Below, piece after piece: positions 36,776 through 46,014 of a DNA stretch of 64,000 nucleotides; within the stretch, counting starts at the first letter, position 1, and the number at the start of each line of letters is the position of its first letter. Source of the stretch: an uncultured Phycisphaera sp. (lineage in GTDB: Bacteria; Planctomycetota; Phycisphaerae; UBA1845); the NCBI GenBank assembly GCA_964501365.1, contig CAZCST010000030.1:132153-196152 (forward strand), in the 5' to 3' direction. The notes under the pieces are model-generated. The model saw nothing but the letters and a program-made list of their open reading frames with translations. It was not told the DNA's origin and did no database searches. A program made the translations under genes and the position numbers.

Positions 36776-37147
36776 CTACTTATCGTACTCAAATTCCCCG
36801 CCAACGAGGAATCCCTTCAGACCAACGACGCAGTGCGTTACACGAACCTTTAGCCAGGGATGCGACAGAGTGTCCGCACCGTCTCGAAGATAGATCGTTT
36901 CACCCAGTTCGACTTTTTTTCGGATCCAAAAACTCACGCCGCCCAGCGAGATGTCATGTGTTGAAACCTGCGTCGTCTCCTCAGCCGCCGGATCCCGTCG
37001 CAAATCCATCCAGTTGTCATTTCGCAGCCGGGACTTCTTCCGCTTTCCCGCATACTTGTCGGGCCGCCCGGTTCGCGTGGCCGCGGAAACCAGTCGCTTC
37101 ACTTCCTCTTTGCCCCCCAATGCCAGTGTTGCCTGCGTCATGATCAC
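36776..37147 (-). CDS. PilZ domain protein (c-di-GMP receptor family)
   Basis: RxxxR (RKKSR) followed about 25 residues later by DxSxxG (DISLGG). Confidence 0.7.
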   Translation of the reverse strand: MIMTQATLALGGKEEVKRLVSAATRTGRPDKYAGKRKKSRLRNDNWMDLRRDPAAEETTQVSTHDISLGGVSFWIRKKVELGETIYLRDGADTLSHPWLKVRVTHCVVGLKGFLVGGEFEYDK

Positions 37148-37320
37148 TCCAGTGAGAATAGCCCTGTGCCTGGATTACAAAATGCGCCTGCGTTTGCGCT
37201 TTACCGCCATGCGGTTTCGAATTTGCCTAATATCCTTCGACGAATTTTTTCACGAATTGTAATTGCGGGCTTTGCGGACGTGTCGGCGATTTATCGTACC
37301 AGCCGACTCCCCTGTGGATT

Positions 37321-38043
37321 CTACAGACCTACTTTCATCGCGACGCCGCACGCCAGAAGGAGCAGTCCAGCCGCGGGTGCAGCCAACCGGCCCGAAATGC
37401 CTGTTCGCAGGGCAAACCGACTCGTCGTGATCAACCACACGATCAGCGTCATCGTGGTAATGGTTGCGCAGGCAAAAATGATGGTGATCGCAATCAATAA
37501 CCAATAACTCCCCGCCGCTGCCGGGTACATGAGAAGGGGAATCAACGGTTCGCAAGGTCCGAATAGAAAAATCGTGAAGAGAATCCAGGGCGTCATGGTC
37601 TCACGGGAACCCTTCGCCGAATGGACATGGTCATGAACATGCAAGTGTTCCGCGTTATGCCGGTGCTCATGACTGTGAAAGGCTTCGCCGTCGTGCGAAT
37701 GCCAATGAGTGTGTGGCCGATTCCGCACGAATCGCACCATCGCCCAGGCAAAATACACCAATCCGAATCCCATCAACATCCAGGCGGCGATTTCACCCCG
37801 CACTGATTCAATCCGTTCCAGGTGAAACACGGCCGTACCAATCGCAATGCCAATGAGGCCGAGAACCACCGAGCCCAGTACGTGCCCCACGCCGCACAGA
37901 ACGGTCACGATCAGCGTTTTCCGCACGGGCCAGTCCCCCACGCGCGACATGGCTGCGAATGGGACGTAATGATCAGGCCCCAGCAGTGTATGAACCGTGC
38001 CGATGGCCGCCGCCGACCAGCATAAGAGGGCCGCTTCGTTCAT
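37321..38043 (-). CDS. His-rich-loop membrane metal transporter (NicO/RcnA/UreH-like superfamily, Ni/Co-type by inference)
   Basis: Six or more TM segments. HTLLGPDHYVPF motif in TM1. Cytoplasmic loop HTHWHSHDGEAFHSHEHRHNAEHLHVHDHVHS. The ORF opens at 38079; ATG 38043 forms an ATGA overlap with the upstream stop. Confidence 0.55.
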   Translation of the reverse strand: MNEAALLCWSAAAIGTVHTLLGPDHYVPFAAMSRVGDWPVRKTLIVTVLCGVGHVLGSVVLGLIGIAIGTAVFHLERIESVRGEIAAWMLMGFGLVYFAWAMVRFVRNRPHTHWHSHDGEAFHSHEHRHNAEHLHVHDHVHSAKGSRETMTPWILFTIFLFGPCEPLIPLLMYPAAAGSYWLLIAITIIFACATITTMTLIVWLITTSRFALRTGISGRLAAPAAGLLLLACGVAMKVGL

Positions 38044-38534
38044 GGTTGTTCCGAAAAAAAGGCCCCGCACACCGGGCACTTCTGTTTATCATCCACCTTG
38101 AGCGGCGCCACCCATCGCCCCTCGCACGCAGCCGAATAGCATCGTCGCCCCGGCATCCCCGTCTCCTTCTTGCATCGATCGCAAGTGATCGGAAATCGAT
38201 GGAACCCGAATTCCCTTTGAATGACGAAGTTATATCCGCAAGCGGGATTGGAACACACCACGTGAAAATCCGCCGTCGCCGACGGGTCGCGCGCACCCGG
38301 CGGCAATGGTGGCGTAAGGATGCCGACAAGCAAGACGACCAGCCAGGTCCCAATCAATCCCAAGGCGCCATATGTGGAAAAGCGAATTACCGGGGATTCC
38401 CAGAGCAAATAAGGCTGCTCACGAACTTCGCCAACCCACTCTTTGAATTGATCCCACGCAATCGGGGCGTTCTGCCGCAGCAGCGTCACCCATTCAGAAA
38501 GCCGATTTGGACGCTCTTGAGCCATATACCGCAA
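38040..38534 (-). CDS. Hypothetical single-pass membrane protein with a C-terminal double zinc-ribbon (8 Cys)
   Basis: TM helix YGALGLIGTWLVVLLVGIL. C-terminal CSNPAC..CDRC..CYSAAC..CPVC. Translationally coupled to the His-rich transporter. Confidence 0.5.
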   Translation of the reverse strand: MRYMAQERPNRLSEWVTLLRQNAPIAWDQFKEWVGEVREQPYLLWESPVIRFSTYGALGLIGTWLVVLLVGILTPPLPPGARDPSATADFHVVCSNPACGYNFVIQREFGFHRFPITCDRCKKETGMPGRRCYSAACEGRWVAPLKVDDKQKCPVCGAFFSEQP

Positions 38535-38566
38535 TCCCGGACGAGCCTCATGCCGATATGTATATT

Positions 38567-39460
38567 ATGACCCTCAATGCTCGCAGGCGAATCCATCCAG
38601 ATTCACCACGCATCGCTGTTTTGACGAGCGTCGAAACGCGGCACCGCTATTTCGCCAATACCGTTCGGCGTCGCTTCGGAGCGGCGGCCGTGATTTACGC
38701 CCGGCCCACCTACGCCCCGGCAACGGTGGACGACTCGCTTTTGTCTACCCACGACAAAGGCGTTGTCGCGGAGCACTTCGCCGAGCGTGCGCGGCAGGAA
38801 GAAACCTTTTTCGGCCATGACTCAGCCTTTATCGAATCGGACACGGATTGCCCGGTCGTCCGTGTCGAGCCGGGCGAGCTGAATACCGATCGAATCGCGG
38901 GCTTCTTACGCGAAAACAGCATCGACACCGTGGTAGTTTTCGGCACGGACCTGATCAAGCCGCCGCTGCTCAACCCAAAGGCCTGGAACATGATCAACAT
39001 GCACCTTGGCCTTTCACCCTACTATCGTGGAACAGCCACCAACTTCTATCCGCTTCTCAATGAAGAACCGCAGTTCGTCGGCGCCACGATTCACCAGCTC
39101 GACGCGGGCATCGATAGCGGACCGATCCTGCACCATGCCCGACCCAACATTGAAGCCGCAGACCGCCCCCACACGATTGGGTGCAAGGCCATCGCGGCCG
39201 GCATCGATGGAATGATCGAAATCCTTGAGCGACTCGGGCGTGGCGAAGAGATTCGTGGCGTCCCTCAGTGGAAGGAATTGAATTCGCGACTCTATCTGCG
39301 GCGGGATTATCACCCTTCGCAGGTCGTTGAGCTGTACCGAAAGTGGGAAAGCGGTCTATTGGATCGATTTCTCGCGCAGCCGGGGCACAATCCAAGACTG
39401 GTTCATTTCGGCAATCTCGATCCTATCGACGTCTACACTTTTGCTACAGCCGTGCGCTGA
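38567..39460 (+). CDS. Formyltransferase family protein (Fmt/ArnA N-terminal domain-like)
   Basis: NMHLGLSPYYRGTATNFYPL (H..SP..RG motif) and HQLDAGIDSGPIL. The ORF opens at 38507; Met at 38567 (MTLNARRR) is preferred to reduce overlap with the divergent gene. Confidence 0.65.
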   Translation: MTLNARRRIHPDSPRIAVLTSVETRHRYFANTVRRRFGAAAVIYARPTYAPATVDDSLLSTHDKGVVAEHFAERARQEETFFGHDSAFIESDTDCPVVRVEPGELNTDRIAGFLRENSIDTVVVFGTDLIKPPLLNPKAWNMINMHLGLSPYYRGTATNFYPLLNEEPQFVGATIHQLDAGIDSGPILHHARPNIEAADRPHTIGCKAIAAGIDGMIEILERLGRGEEIRGVPQWKELNSRLYLRRDYHPSQVVELYRKWESGLLDRFLAQPGHNPRLVHFGNLDPIDVYTFATAVR

Positions 39461-39975
39461 CGTGAAAGTTTGTTCGTCGTAAGTGCGGAAGGGTCCGCCT
39501 CCAATCGAAGGAGGCGGTGTTTGGGCCCCCCCGTCTGAAACCGATGACTTTCGTCACCAACGATGCGAAAGCCGCAGTTTTCGTAACAGCAAATGGCAGG
39601 CCGGTTGTCAGGAAATACCACCAGAGATACGCGCTGGGCACGCTGCTTGTAGAACGCAACTTCCAGGATCCTTCCAACAAACAAACGCCCGACGCCGCAG
39701 TTGCGCAACTGCGGGTCCACTATCACGTGGCCGATCCAGAAATGGCCTGCGTCCGATCGCATCGGATTCAACTCGCCGTACGCTAATGGATATTTGGATC
39801 GCCCTTCGAAGCCTACAAGCGAAAACCCGCCCGGTTTCTTCCACGCGGTGATTTTTTCACCGGTGAGCGGCGGTTCGGTCCCGGGCGCCAGCCAGCGAAG
39901 ATCCTGCTCGGACTTCACCCATGCGGCAATCAATCCTCCCCAGGCCGGCGTATAGGGCTCTAAGTGCATGGTCAC
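39433..39975 (-). CDS. GNAT family N-acetyltransferase
   Basis: HVIVDPQLRNCGVGRLFVGRILEVAF...VVFPDNRPAICCYENCGFRIVG. Confidence 0.75.
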   Translation of the reverse strand: MTMHLEPYTPAWGGLIAAWVKSEQDLRWLAPGTEPPLTGEKITAWKKPGGFSLVGFEGRSKYPLAYGELNPMRSDAGHFWIGHVIVDPQLRNCGVGRLFVGRILEVAFYKQRAQRVSLVVFPDNRPAICCYENCGFRIVGDESHRFQTGGPKHRLLRLEADPSALTTNKLSRQRTAVAKV

Positions 39976-39993
39976 ACCAGTTCTCGTAAAACC

Positions 39994-40467
39994 CTATTGA
40001 CTACTACGCTGAACGGAAGTCGTCACGTCAAAATCCAGAATCAGATCAGAATGATCGAAGGTAAAAATGATCCGATCACCGCAGCCAAAATCATTGCCAT
40101 CGCGAAGCACGCCGGTGCTTGTTTCAGGTCCCACGCCGCCAATAATCTGCAAATCCGCATCCCCTATCATAATTGCGCGAAGATCATTGCAGTTCACCGA
40201 AAACGTCGACTGTCCGCCGGCTGCGATCGCGAAGAGCCGCTTGGTGCCCGTCGCCTCAAGGACATCCGCGATCGTATCATCTTCGTCGCCGTAGAATAGC
40301 TCCCCTTCGACCGCAAAATCGCTGTTGTTGACCAACTCCACGGTGACAAGATTCGGCTGGAAAATCCCGACCAAACCGGAAAGCGCGTCGCACCCGCATA
40401 GCAACGCCATGAGCGACGACAGCCCCGCACAACTGATGCTCTTTCGACTCATTCCATACATCTTCAT
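39994..40467 (-). CDS. Small secreted or lipoprotein-like hypothetical protein
   Basis: Signal-like MKMYGMSRKSISCAGLSSLMALLCGCDA. No recognisable domain. Start ambiguous (40503, 40467, 40461 or 40452). Confidence 0.45.
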   Translation of the reverse strand: MKMYGMSRKSISCAGLSSLMALLCGCDALSGLVGIFQPNLVTVELVNNSDFAVEGELFYGDEDDTIADVLEATGTKRLFAIAAGGQSTFSVNCNDLRAIMIGDADLQIIGGVGPETSTGVLRDGNDFGCGDRIIFTFDHSDLILDFDVTTSVQRSSQ

Positions 40468-40606
40468 ACACCTCCCCTTTCGGGCCTTTTGCGGCATTTC
40501 CACTCACGCTACTGCAACCATTATTTGGAGGAGTCCCCGAAAAGGAAAGCGGTTAATGAATGGTCCAGACCACCTGGATTAACAGTCAGTAGACGCCAAG
40601 ACCCCC

Positions 40607-40981
40607 CTAGCAAAAGTGCGGCGAATTTTCAACATCGACATTCTGTTTGCAGGCAGGGCAGGATTGCACTGTCCCATAGAGCTCACCCGGAAACTCGACC
40701 CGGCGCCCGCATTCCGAGCAAATGATCGAGATCACTTTTTCAGAGGTTTCGAGATGACGCTCCTTGATTAACTCCGATTGGTCCTTCAAAAGCGAAATCG
40801 CCATTTCCGCCTGATCCGGGTTCACCACGCATACCTCCACCCCCCTTGGGGCGACAGCAAGGGATACATAGTTGGCGGCCATGTTCCGGTTTTTTACAAA
40901 CGCCGGTATGCCGCGATCTGCCAGCCAGGCCACGACGATGTCGGCCTGTTCCACACTTGATGCCTTGAACACGCTATTCAT
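40607..40981 (-). CDS. DUF2007-like (putative signal-transducing) domain protein with a C-terminal zinc-ribbon
   Basis: MNSVFKASSVEQADIVVAWLADRGIPAFVKN is DUF2007-like, plus CSECGRRVEF...CPACKQ. The ORF opens at 41017. Confidence 0.5.
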   Translation of the reverse strand: MNSVFKASSVEQADIVVAWLADRGIPAFVKNRNMAANYVSLAVAPRGVEVCVVNPDQAEMAISLLKDQSELIKERHLETSEKVISIICSECGRRVEFPGELYGTVQSCPACKQNVDVENSPHFC

Positions 40982-41096
40982 GGTAACTCTCCTCGCGGCC
41001 GACTTTGGGTGGACCAAATCCTTGGGCCCCGGCCATAGGCATTATAGGCTGTTCCTGCATACCGTCCCGTGGTGTAGTGTGTACAATAAATTAGCA

Positions 41097-41780
41097 ATGA
41101 ATTTGTTGGCCTCGCTGCACCCGACCGATAACATGGGAACTACTTTGCTTCCGAAGCGTCAAATCATCGGCACTGAGGCAGGCACGCGCGATCTGCCCGT
41201 CGATGACCAAACATTGGTGGCGCAGGTGAAGGCCGGACAAACCCATAGCTACGGCGAGCTGGTCCGGCGTTACCAGGACCGCATTTTCAACACGTGCTGG
41301 CGCATCTGCGGTCACCTTGAAGATGCGAGGGACATTACCCAGGAGGCGTTCCTCAAAGGCTTTCAGGGATTGGACGGCTATCGGCAGGAGAGTGGATTTT
41401 ATACCTGGATTTTCCGCGTGGCCACCAATCTCGCAATCTCTCATCGTCGCAGCGCCGGCCGGACCAAGGCCATGCTGGAGCACCAGGGCGGTATCGTTCG
41501 GACCCAGGCGGATGCCTTGGCGCGTAGAATGGAGGAGAGTTCCGGCGAGGATTCGGGGCGATCCGGTGATGCTTCAGCCCGCGCCGCAGCGTTGCTCCAA
41601 TCGCTCGATGATGAGCATCGTGCCGTCGTGGTCTTGCGAGATATTGAAGGGTTCGATTATCAGCAGATCAGCGACATCTTGGGAGTCCCAACAGGCACAG
41701 TAAAATCGAGGCTGCACCGCGCCCGACTGGCGCTCCGTGAAGCAATCCTGAGAGAAGGGCAAGAGTCGAGAAAACAGTAA
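41097..41780 (+). CDS. ECF-type RNA polymerase sigma-70 family factor
   Basis: Region 2 YGELVRRYQDRIFNTCWRICGHLEDARDITQEAFLKGF...FYTWIFRVATNLAISHRR. Region 4 DIEGFDYQQISDILGVPTGTVKSRLHRAR. Start is 41097 or 41133; the ORF-track start at 40872 overlaps the divergent gene. Confidence 0.85.
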   Translation: MNLLASLHPTDNMGTTLLPKRQIIGTEAGTRDLPVDDQTLVAQVKAGQTHSYGELVRRYQDRIFNTCWRICGHLEDARDITQEAFLKGFQGLDGYRQESGFYTWIFRVATNLAISHRRSAGRTKAMLEHQGGIVRTQADALARRMEESSGEDSGRSGDASARAAALLQSLDDEHRAVVVLRDIEGFDYQQISDILGVPTGTVKSRLHRARLALREAILREGQESRKQ

Positions 41781-41785
41781 CCACC

Positions 41786-43222
41786 ATGGCGATGACACGC
41801 GAACAACTCTCGGAACTGTTGTCAGCCTATCTCGATGGCGAGGTCAATCCTCGTGAAAAGGCGATGGCGGAGGATGCCCTGCGCGCCGATCCAGCCGCCC
41901 GGCGGCTGCTCGAGGAACTTCGTCAGACGGTTGCGGTGGTTTCGTCGCTGCCCAAGCATTCAGCCCCCCCCGATCTGGCCACAGAGCTGGATGTGCAATT
42001 GGAGCGCGCACAGCTTCTTGCCGGATTTCCGGACGCCGGTACAGCTGCATCATCGCCATCCGTATCGTGGCGTGGTTACCTGCGGGCCGCTGCGATGCTG
42101 GGTTTCGTCCTGGCCGGCGGCTGGTGGTTCCTTTCTCAACAGCAGGACAAACGGCAGGATCGATTGGTTGATGCGACTTCGCACAAAGCAAGGGATTTTT
42201 CCGACGGATTAGCGCCTTCTCCAGCATCACCATCCTCTCCGAAACCAGCGCCCATGGAAGCGGAAAAACTCATAGCCACCGGAGCTGATCCGGTTGTGCT
42301 GGTCAATCAATCGTTTGATCCTGAGCCAATCCGAATCCGCGTGATTGCTCGTAACGCCGCAGAGCGTGACGCGTTGACGCGAAAGTTCGCCTCGCAGCTG
42401 GCCGAGGCGAAGACGGAAAACCTGGCTCATCGTGGAAACGCCGCGGGGCAAAAACAGGCGGTGGGTTCGTTTTACCTGGAAGGCAGGCCTGGCATCAATT
42501 TCAGCAATACTCAGGATAAGCAAATCTTGGTTCGACTGCCGCAATCCGACGCCGAGGGGATCATTGATTCCGTCGTGGCAGGAACCAGCATTCCGGCAGA
42601 TCAATTCGCATTGCAAGTTGGTCCGGCGGTGGTGCGCGGACCAGAGAACGCCCGTGGAATGCTGCAAGTCATGGCCGGCAATGCCCAGCCCGTTACTCCT
42701 TCCCATGACAACCTGCCTGCGACAGCAGGGGCTGCGAAAAGCCACACTCCGTCGGGCAATCTGCTCAACACCCTGGAACAAATCGTCGGCCTGGACACAG
42801 TATTGGCCAACCGGAACAACCGGCCAGGAGATACAAGAATTGCAATGGCGTCTGGCGAGAAGGCAGACGACGAGGAGGCATTGCGCAAAGACCGGTCGCG
42901 TCCTGCCGCTTCACGGGAAAACGATGCGCCGGAAGCCCTGCGAGACAAGTCAACCGCCATGCCGGAGGACAACGAAAAAAAGGAGGTCTCCGTAAGGCGA
43001 CCGCTGGTGTCTAGAAAGTTGGATGCCTTGGCCGGACGGGCCGAAAGAAGCGCGGGAACGTCGCCAGAATCCGCCGCATCGCCCCCCAATTCGGCAGCCG
43101 CCATTGCAACTTCCACACCCAATGCCATTGCCCAAAATTCCTTTATCACCATCGTAGTCGAGTTTGCCATTCCCGAACCTCCGAACCCTGCCAAAAACAA
43201 TTCCAGCCGCACGCGCTCCTAG
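41786..43222 (+). CDS. Anti-sigma factor (zf-HC2-like N-terminus, one TM, long low-complexity periplasmic region)
   Basis: LSELLSAYLDGEVNPREKAMAEDALRADPAARRLLEEL. TM AAAMLGFVLAGGWWFL. Located 5 nt downstream of the ECF sigma gene. Confidence 0.7.
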   Translation: MAMTREQLSELLSAYLDGEVNPREKAMAEDALRADPAARRLLEELRQTVAVVSSLPKHSAPPDLATELDVQLERAQLLAGFPDAGTAASSPSVSWRGYLRAAAMLGFVLAGGWWFLSQQQDKRQDRLVDATSHKARDFSDGLAPSPASPSSPKPAPMEAEKLIATGADPVVLVNQSFDPEPIRIRVIARNAAERDALTRKFASQLAEAKTENLAHRGNAAGQKQAVGSFYLEGRPGINFSNTQDKQILVRLPQSDAEGIIDSVVAGTSIPADQFALQVGPAVVRGPENARGMLQVMAGNAQPVTPSHDNLPATAGAAKSHTPSGNLLNTLEQIVGLDTVLANRNNRPGDTRIAMASGEKADDEEALRKDRSRPAASRENDAPEALRDKSTAMPEDNEKKEVSVRRPLVSRKLDALAGRAERSAGTSPESAASPPNSAAAIATSTPNAIAQNSFITIVVEFAIPEPPNPAKNNSSRTRS

Positions 43223-43282
43223 CCGGCGTTTGCATAGAGTCGATGCAAAGCCCAAGATAGCGGCCACAGTTGTCTTTACGAG

Positions 43283-43969
43283 ATGAATCCCTGCATGACC
43301 TCGATGGAAAATCACGCACCCGGCAACGTCCTTCAATGGACCACCGACGTTCCAGGTCCCCACGGACGCTGGTGGATCGGCGTTGGTCTCGCTTGTATTT
43401 TCGCGCTGCCCCTCGCGTGGCTGCTCTCCTATGCTGCGGCCCTCCCATTTTTCCTCGGGCTGTTTTTCTTCATGCTATTTGGCCTGATGATCGGCGCAGT
43501 CGCTTTTCGCATTGCTGCTCCCGGCAAGCCGTATGGAAATTTTGCTTTGATCGCGGGCACGACAATACTGGTGGTGCTGCCGTGGAGCCTGTCGCTTTTC
43601 AAGGAAGCGCGAGACTTTCCAGATGATCTGGCCCGAAGAATCTCTCTCCGAACACGCGATATTGGCGATCGCACCGTGTCCGAATTTCGTGACGCCGTCG
43701 CATCCGACATACGAAGGCTCCTTGCAGATCGCTATGGACCCGGCTCCATCTGGGGCTACATCCGGTGGGTCTTGACCAACGGGGAACTAAGGCGCGGTGA
43801 ACTGCCCACGCTGAATGCAGCAGTAGCTGTTCCGACGGCCCAGACGAAGGGCTGGTGGGCGTTTCGAGTCGTAGCCTCGGCGGCGCTGCTGGCGTTTGGC
43901 ATTTCGTCGCAATCATTGCTGCTTCGCGGAGCAGACAAATTCCATCGCGTGCCAGAGGATGAAAAATGA
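43283..43969 (+). CDS. Hypothetical integral membrane protein
   Basis: Several hydrophobic helices (WWIGVGLACIFALPLAWLL, FFLGLFFFMLFGLMIGAVAF). The stop overlaps the next ATG (ATGA 43966-43969). Confidence 0.5.
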   Translation: MNPCMTSMENHAPGNVLQWTTDVPGPHGRWWIGVGLACIFALPLAWLLSYAAALPFFLGLFFFMLFGLMIGAVAFRIAAPGKPYGNFALIAGTTILVVLPWSLSLFKEARDFPDDLARRISLRTRDIGDRTVSEFRDAVASDIRRLLADRYGPGSIWGYIRWVLTNGELRRGELPTLNAAVAVPTAQTKGWWAFRVVASAALLAFGISSQSLLLRGADKFHRVPEDEK

Positions 43970-44364
43970 CATTACAGCCACCCCGCCCCCGCTATGCCGC
44001 CGCCATCATCGAACGCGCTGACAATCACGTTCTCATTGCCCTGCCTGCCGATTGCGAATCGGAGCGCAAATGGATTTTTCCGCGCGGGCAAGTCGACCTC
44101 AAGGAATCTGCGGAGGCAGCCATGCGCCGCATTACTCAGGAACAATTAAACCTTTACGTCGAGCTGGTCATTGGCCAACCGCCGTTGCTGTGCGATATTG
44201 CCGGGCGTCCATCCGAAGTCCGATATTTCTTATGCGGCCTGACCGACGGCGACGCAAAGGCCGGGCCGTATGCGGAGATTCGCTGGGTCCTCCGCGCCCA
44301 CCTTCAGGAATACGATTTCGACATCGCCTCCAAGTCCGTGGTGGAGTGGCTACTGGAAAGGTAA
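43966..44364 (+). CDS. NUDIX-fold protein with a degenerate NUDIX box
   Basis: WIFPRGQVDLKESAEAAMRRITQEQLNL fits Gx5Ex7 but replaces the REUxEE catalytic glutamates with RITQEQ. Confidence 0.5.
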   Translation: MTLQPPRPRYAAAIIERADNHVLIALPADCESERKWIFPRGQVDLKESAEAAMRRITQEQLNLYVELVIGQPPLLCDIAGRPSEVRYFLCGLTDGDAKAGPYAEIRWVLRAHLQEYDFDIASKSVVEWLLER

Positions 44365-44511
44365 CCCCCTCCTGGCGCATCCACGCCCCCCTGCCCAATG
44401 CAGCACGTTTTATGAGAACATCGGCGAGGCAAGTCCTGTGGCGGCTCCTTCCGCGCGCGGGTTGGACTTTCTTCCGAAATACTGACGGCAGGTTGAGGGA
44501 TTCGGCTACCC

Positions 44512-45885
44512 ATGAAAAACCCACAAAAGCCCAGAAATCTGGCGGCGGCGCTGACCATGATCCTTTGTGCGGTTGCGCTATGCGTCATCCGGATTCCGTC
44601 GGGGCTGGGTCCGCGGCTGGCCTGGATTTGCAGTCTTCTATGCCTAGCCCTTTCAGTCTTCTCTTCACGCTCGCAAGTCGACGCGCCGACCGCCCGGCGA
44701 AGTGCGACTTATGCAGTCCCCCGCTGGATGTATCACCACACGGCCCTGCTACTTGGGGTGTCGGCCTCGATTGTACTTACCTTGCAACTCATCATGCGAA
44801 GCGTGTACGTCGGGATCGACCTGCTGCACGGTTACCCGTGGCAGGGAATTCGTGAATTCGGCTTCAGCCAGGCAGGCCTCTGGACGATCGCCGCGCTTTG
44901 TCTGGCTTGCATCGTTGCGCTGCAAGCCACTCGCGATGGACGGCTTCTCACGGTCCAATTCTGGCTGCTCGTGCTGTTCGCTGCTTGGGCCAGCCTTCTC
45001 TCTGATCCCTTTCAATCCACAAAAACCGGCGGCTTTGAGCGAAACGACGCCACCTTGATTCTCGTAGAATGTCTTGCTTTCCTGGTCTTACTATCGGTGG
45101 TGGTGGTTGGCTGGGTTTGCGATTGCGGATGCTTGAATGTGCAACTCCCAGCTCCATCCGCGGGCTCGGCACTGTCATCTTTCCAAAGGCAACTACCGGC
45201 GGGATTCCGCAGCAGTGTGGCCGCATTGTTGCTCGGACTCAACATCGCCGTCGTTTTCCACATCCTCGTTCCGGCGGGAGAAAGCACAACTGTTTTGCGG
45301 ATGTCAGGTTTCCGGGCCGGAATCGCAGCCTTCGTTGCTGCCACGGGAGGCCTGTTCCTGCTTCGTCGAACTTGGGGAGCACACCTGGCCGACGCCAGTC
45401 TGGGCCTGCTCGCGTTGACGCTGTGCGGGCTGGCGACTGCGGCCGTTCCCTCCATCAGGGTTCCACTCGACCAGCGATACCCGATGATTTTCAATGCCAT
45501 CACGCTGGGCTATGCCTTTGCAGCAGGTATCTTTGCCCATTGGAGTCAGGTATGGGGCGGTGCGCATCTCGATACCTCGATGATTCGTGCGCGAATCGTC
45601 CCGCATCTGAATCGATTCGCCTTTTTTTGCGGCGCTGCCGCACTGCTTTCAGGAGTGATGATGTGCTTCTGGCCGGGACTTCCGGGAATTTCCGCCATGG
45701 ATCACACCCTGGGTCGCGTGCTGGCCGGTTTTGCCGCCTTCCTCTTTTTGCTCCTTGTCACCCTCCGAAGCTCCCGGCTCTTGCATAGGATGAGCTTTCA
45801 TTTTCTTACGGTGGCCGTTGCGGCCTCCATGGTCGCCTTCCTCGTGATTCGAGCACTTCCCTTTGCGTCGGATATTTCTCACTAG
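44512..45885 (+). CDS. Hypothetical polytopic membrane protein (about 12 TM)
   Basis: Continuous 457-aa ORF that is hydrophobic throughout. No motif recognised. Confidence 0.5.
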   Translation: MKNPQKPRNLAAALTMILCAVALCVIRIPSGLGPRLAWICSLLCLALSVFSSRSQVDAPTARRSATYAVPRWMYHHTALLLGVSASIVLTLQLIMRSVYVGIDLLHGYPWQGIREFGFSQAGLWTIAALCLACIVALQATRDGRLLTVQFWLLVLFAAWASLLSDPFQSTKTGGFERNDATLILVECLAFLVLLSVVVVGWVCDCGCLNVQLPAPSAGSALSSFQRQLPAGFRSSVAALLLGLNIAVVFHILVPAGESTTVLRMSGFRAGIAAFVAATGGLFLLRRTWGAHLADASLGLLALTLCGLATAAVPSIRVPLDQRYPMIFNAITLGYAFAAGIFAHWSQVWGGAHLDTSMIRARIVPHLNRFAFFCGAAALLSGVMMCFWPGLPGISAMDHTLGRVLAGFAAFLFLLLVTLRSSRLLHRMSFHFLTVAVAASMVAFLVIRALPFASDISH

Positions 45886-46014
45886 AGCAGACTCTGGGTG
45901 GCGTGAGTCGAGCTCATGCAGAAACCACGGTGCGACAGTATCATCGGGCAGCTCATTGGCCCGACGGTGGTGAATCGGGTTTGAACGCAAAGTATACGCA
46001 ACGGGAATCGAAAC

